Positions 63,345 through 64,000 of a stretch of DNA of 64,000 bases are shown here, piece after piece (position 1 is the stretch's first letter; each line of letters begins with the position of its first letter). The stretch covers positions 124,001 to 188,000 of the forward strand of contig CBFFRP010000426.1 in the NCBI GenBank assembly GCA_965644295.1. Reading direction: 5' to 3'. The position numbers were made by a program, and so were the translations under genes. The notes under the pieces are model-generated. The model saw nothing but the letters and a program-made list of their open reading frames with translations, made no database searches and was not told the origin of the DNA. The stretch comes from Paraphysomonas bandaiensis. Lineage: Eukaryota; Protista; Chrysophyceae.

Positions 63345-64000
63345 ATGAATACATCAAATACTTTGATTCTCACCCCATCATATCAACCTCCACCACCGTC
63401 CTCTATGGTAAATACGAGTATTCAGCAAGATATTAAGATAATGAGGAGATGTGTCAGTATACATACATATAACAGTAATCATCACTCTACTCTCGATAAA
63501 CTATATAAGAATTCACATATTCCATCAAAGTCTTCATCAGAAAACAAAATTAATACTGATATGTCGCATTCACTGCAGCTGTTTGAGGGCGATATATCTC
63601 TAGACCTGAGACAAGAGCTCACGCAGAACATGCAGTCACAACCTCCATCTGTAGTTACCCGCAAAGGTCCAAGTTGCGAAAAGTTAATCCGGTCATTCTC
63701 AAGTAAACCATCAACTTGTGACAGCTCATCGTCGCTGGAGGCTCCTCAGCAGAGTATTATATCGTTCTTGGCGCCATCAGAGTCCTCAAAGAGACCATCT
63801 ACAACACCACACTCTCCCACTCGTGTTAGAAAGCGCAAGAAAGCTCCCATTCCAGCCGACACGTCCGTTCAACAGCGTATTGATAATTCCTCTAAAGCTT
63901 TTCATGGAATAGAGAAGTTCTGTCGTAATGCCGGTTCATGCGAAAAGGGACTGAATCTCCTTGTGAATAAGTGTCAAGCTACTTCAACTGTTGCTGTGGC
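63345..64000 (+). CDS. 5' part of an unidentified, probably nuclear protein (runs off the window)
   Basis: Uninterrupted frame from ATG 63345 to the window end, absent from the ORF track because it has no stop. Ser/Pro-rich, with QQSIISFL (PIP-box-like) and RVRKRKK (NLS-like). Confidence 0.6.
   Translation, partial: MNTSNTLILTPSYQPPPPSSMVNTSIQQDIKIMRRCVSIHTYNSNHHSTLDKLYKNSHIPSKSSSENKINTDMSHSLQLFEGDISLDLRQELTQNMQSQPPSVVTRKGPSCEKLIRSFSSKPSTCDSSSSLEAPQQSIISFLAPSESSKRPSTTPHSPTRVRKRKKAPIPADTSVQQRIDNSSKAFHGIEKFCRNAGSCEKGLNLLVNKCQATSTVAV

Overview
This is a gene-dense eukaryotic (protist-type) window with short GT-AG introns of about 45-75 nt; a stramenopile-like origin is only my inference. It opens in the pol gene and 3' LTR of a chromodomain Ty3/Gypsy retrotransposon that abuts an (ATAC)n tract. 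Host genes follow: an ABHD/YheT hydrolase, a TPR protein, an EF-hand-CorA Mg2+ channel, an ER protein with an ARMET/SAP-like domain, a U-box/Sel1 E3 ligase, a C2/MCTP-like protein, a DnaJ protein, guanylate kinase, a sterol-desaturase-family enzyme, dolichol kinase, a large p25/EF-like protein, TM9SF, a TLC/NTT nucleotide transporter, a glycosyltransferase and a truncated PIP-box protein. Repeats and mobile DNA include a 279-bp tandem array, a 4.7-kb foldback element with 1.78-kb inverted arms, several MITEs and a 1.2-kb (ATAC)n tract. The most unusual feature is a pair of inverted paralogous F-box + 'CPW'-type ankyrin-like genes, one with 5 repeats and one with 67 in-frame 87-bp repeats. The long array has variable residues at fixed positions, nested higher-order duplications, no frameshifts and 14 in-frame stops. 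All 14 stops are TAG and all lie at positions where sister repeats carry TGG (Trp). This is a candidate repeat-shuffling and/or stop-recoding substrate-receptor system. All homology calls come from motif recognition by eye; no database searches were run.
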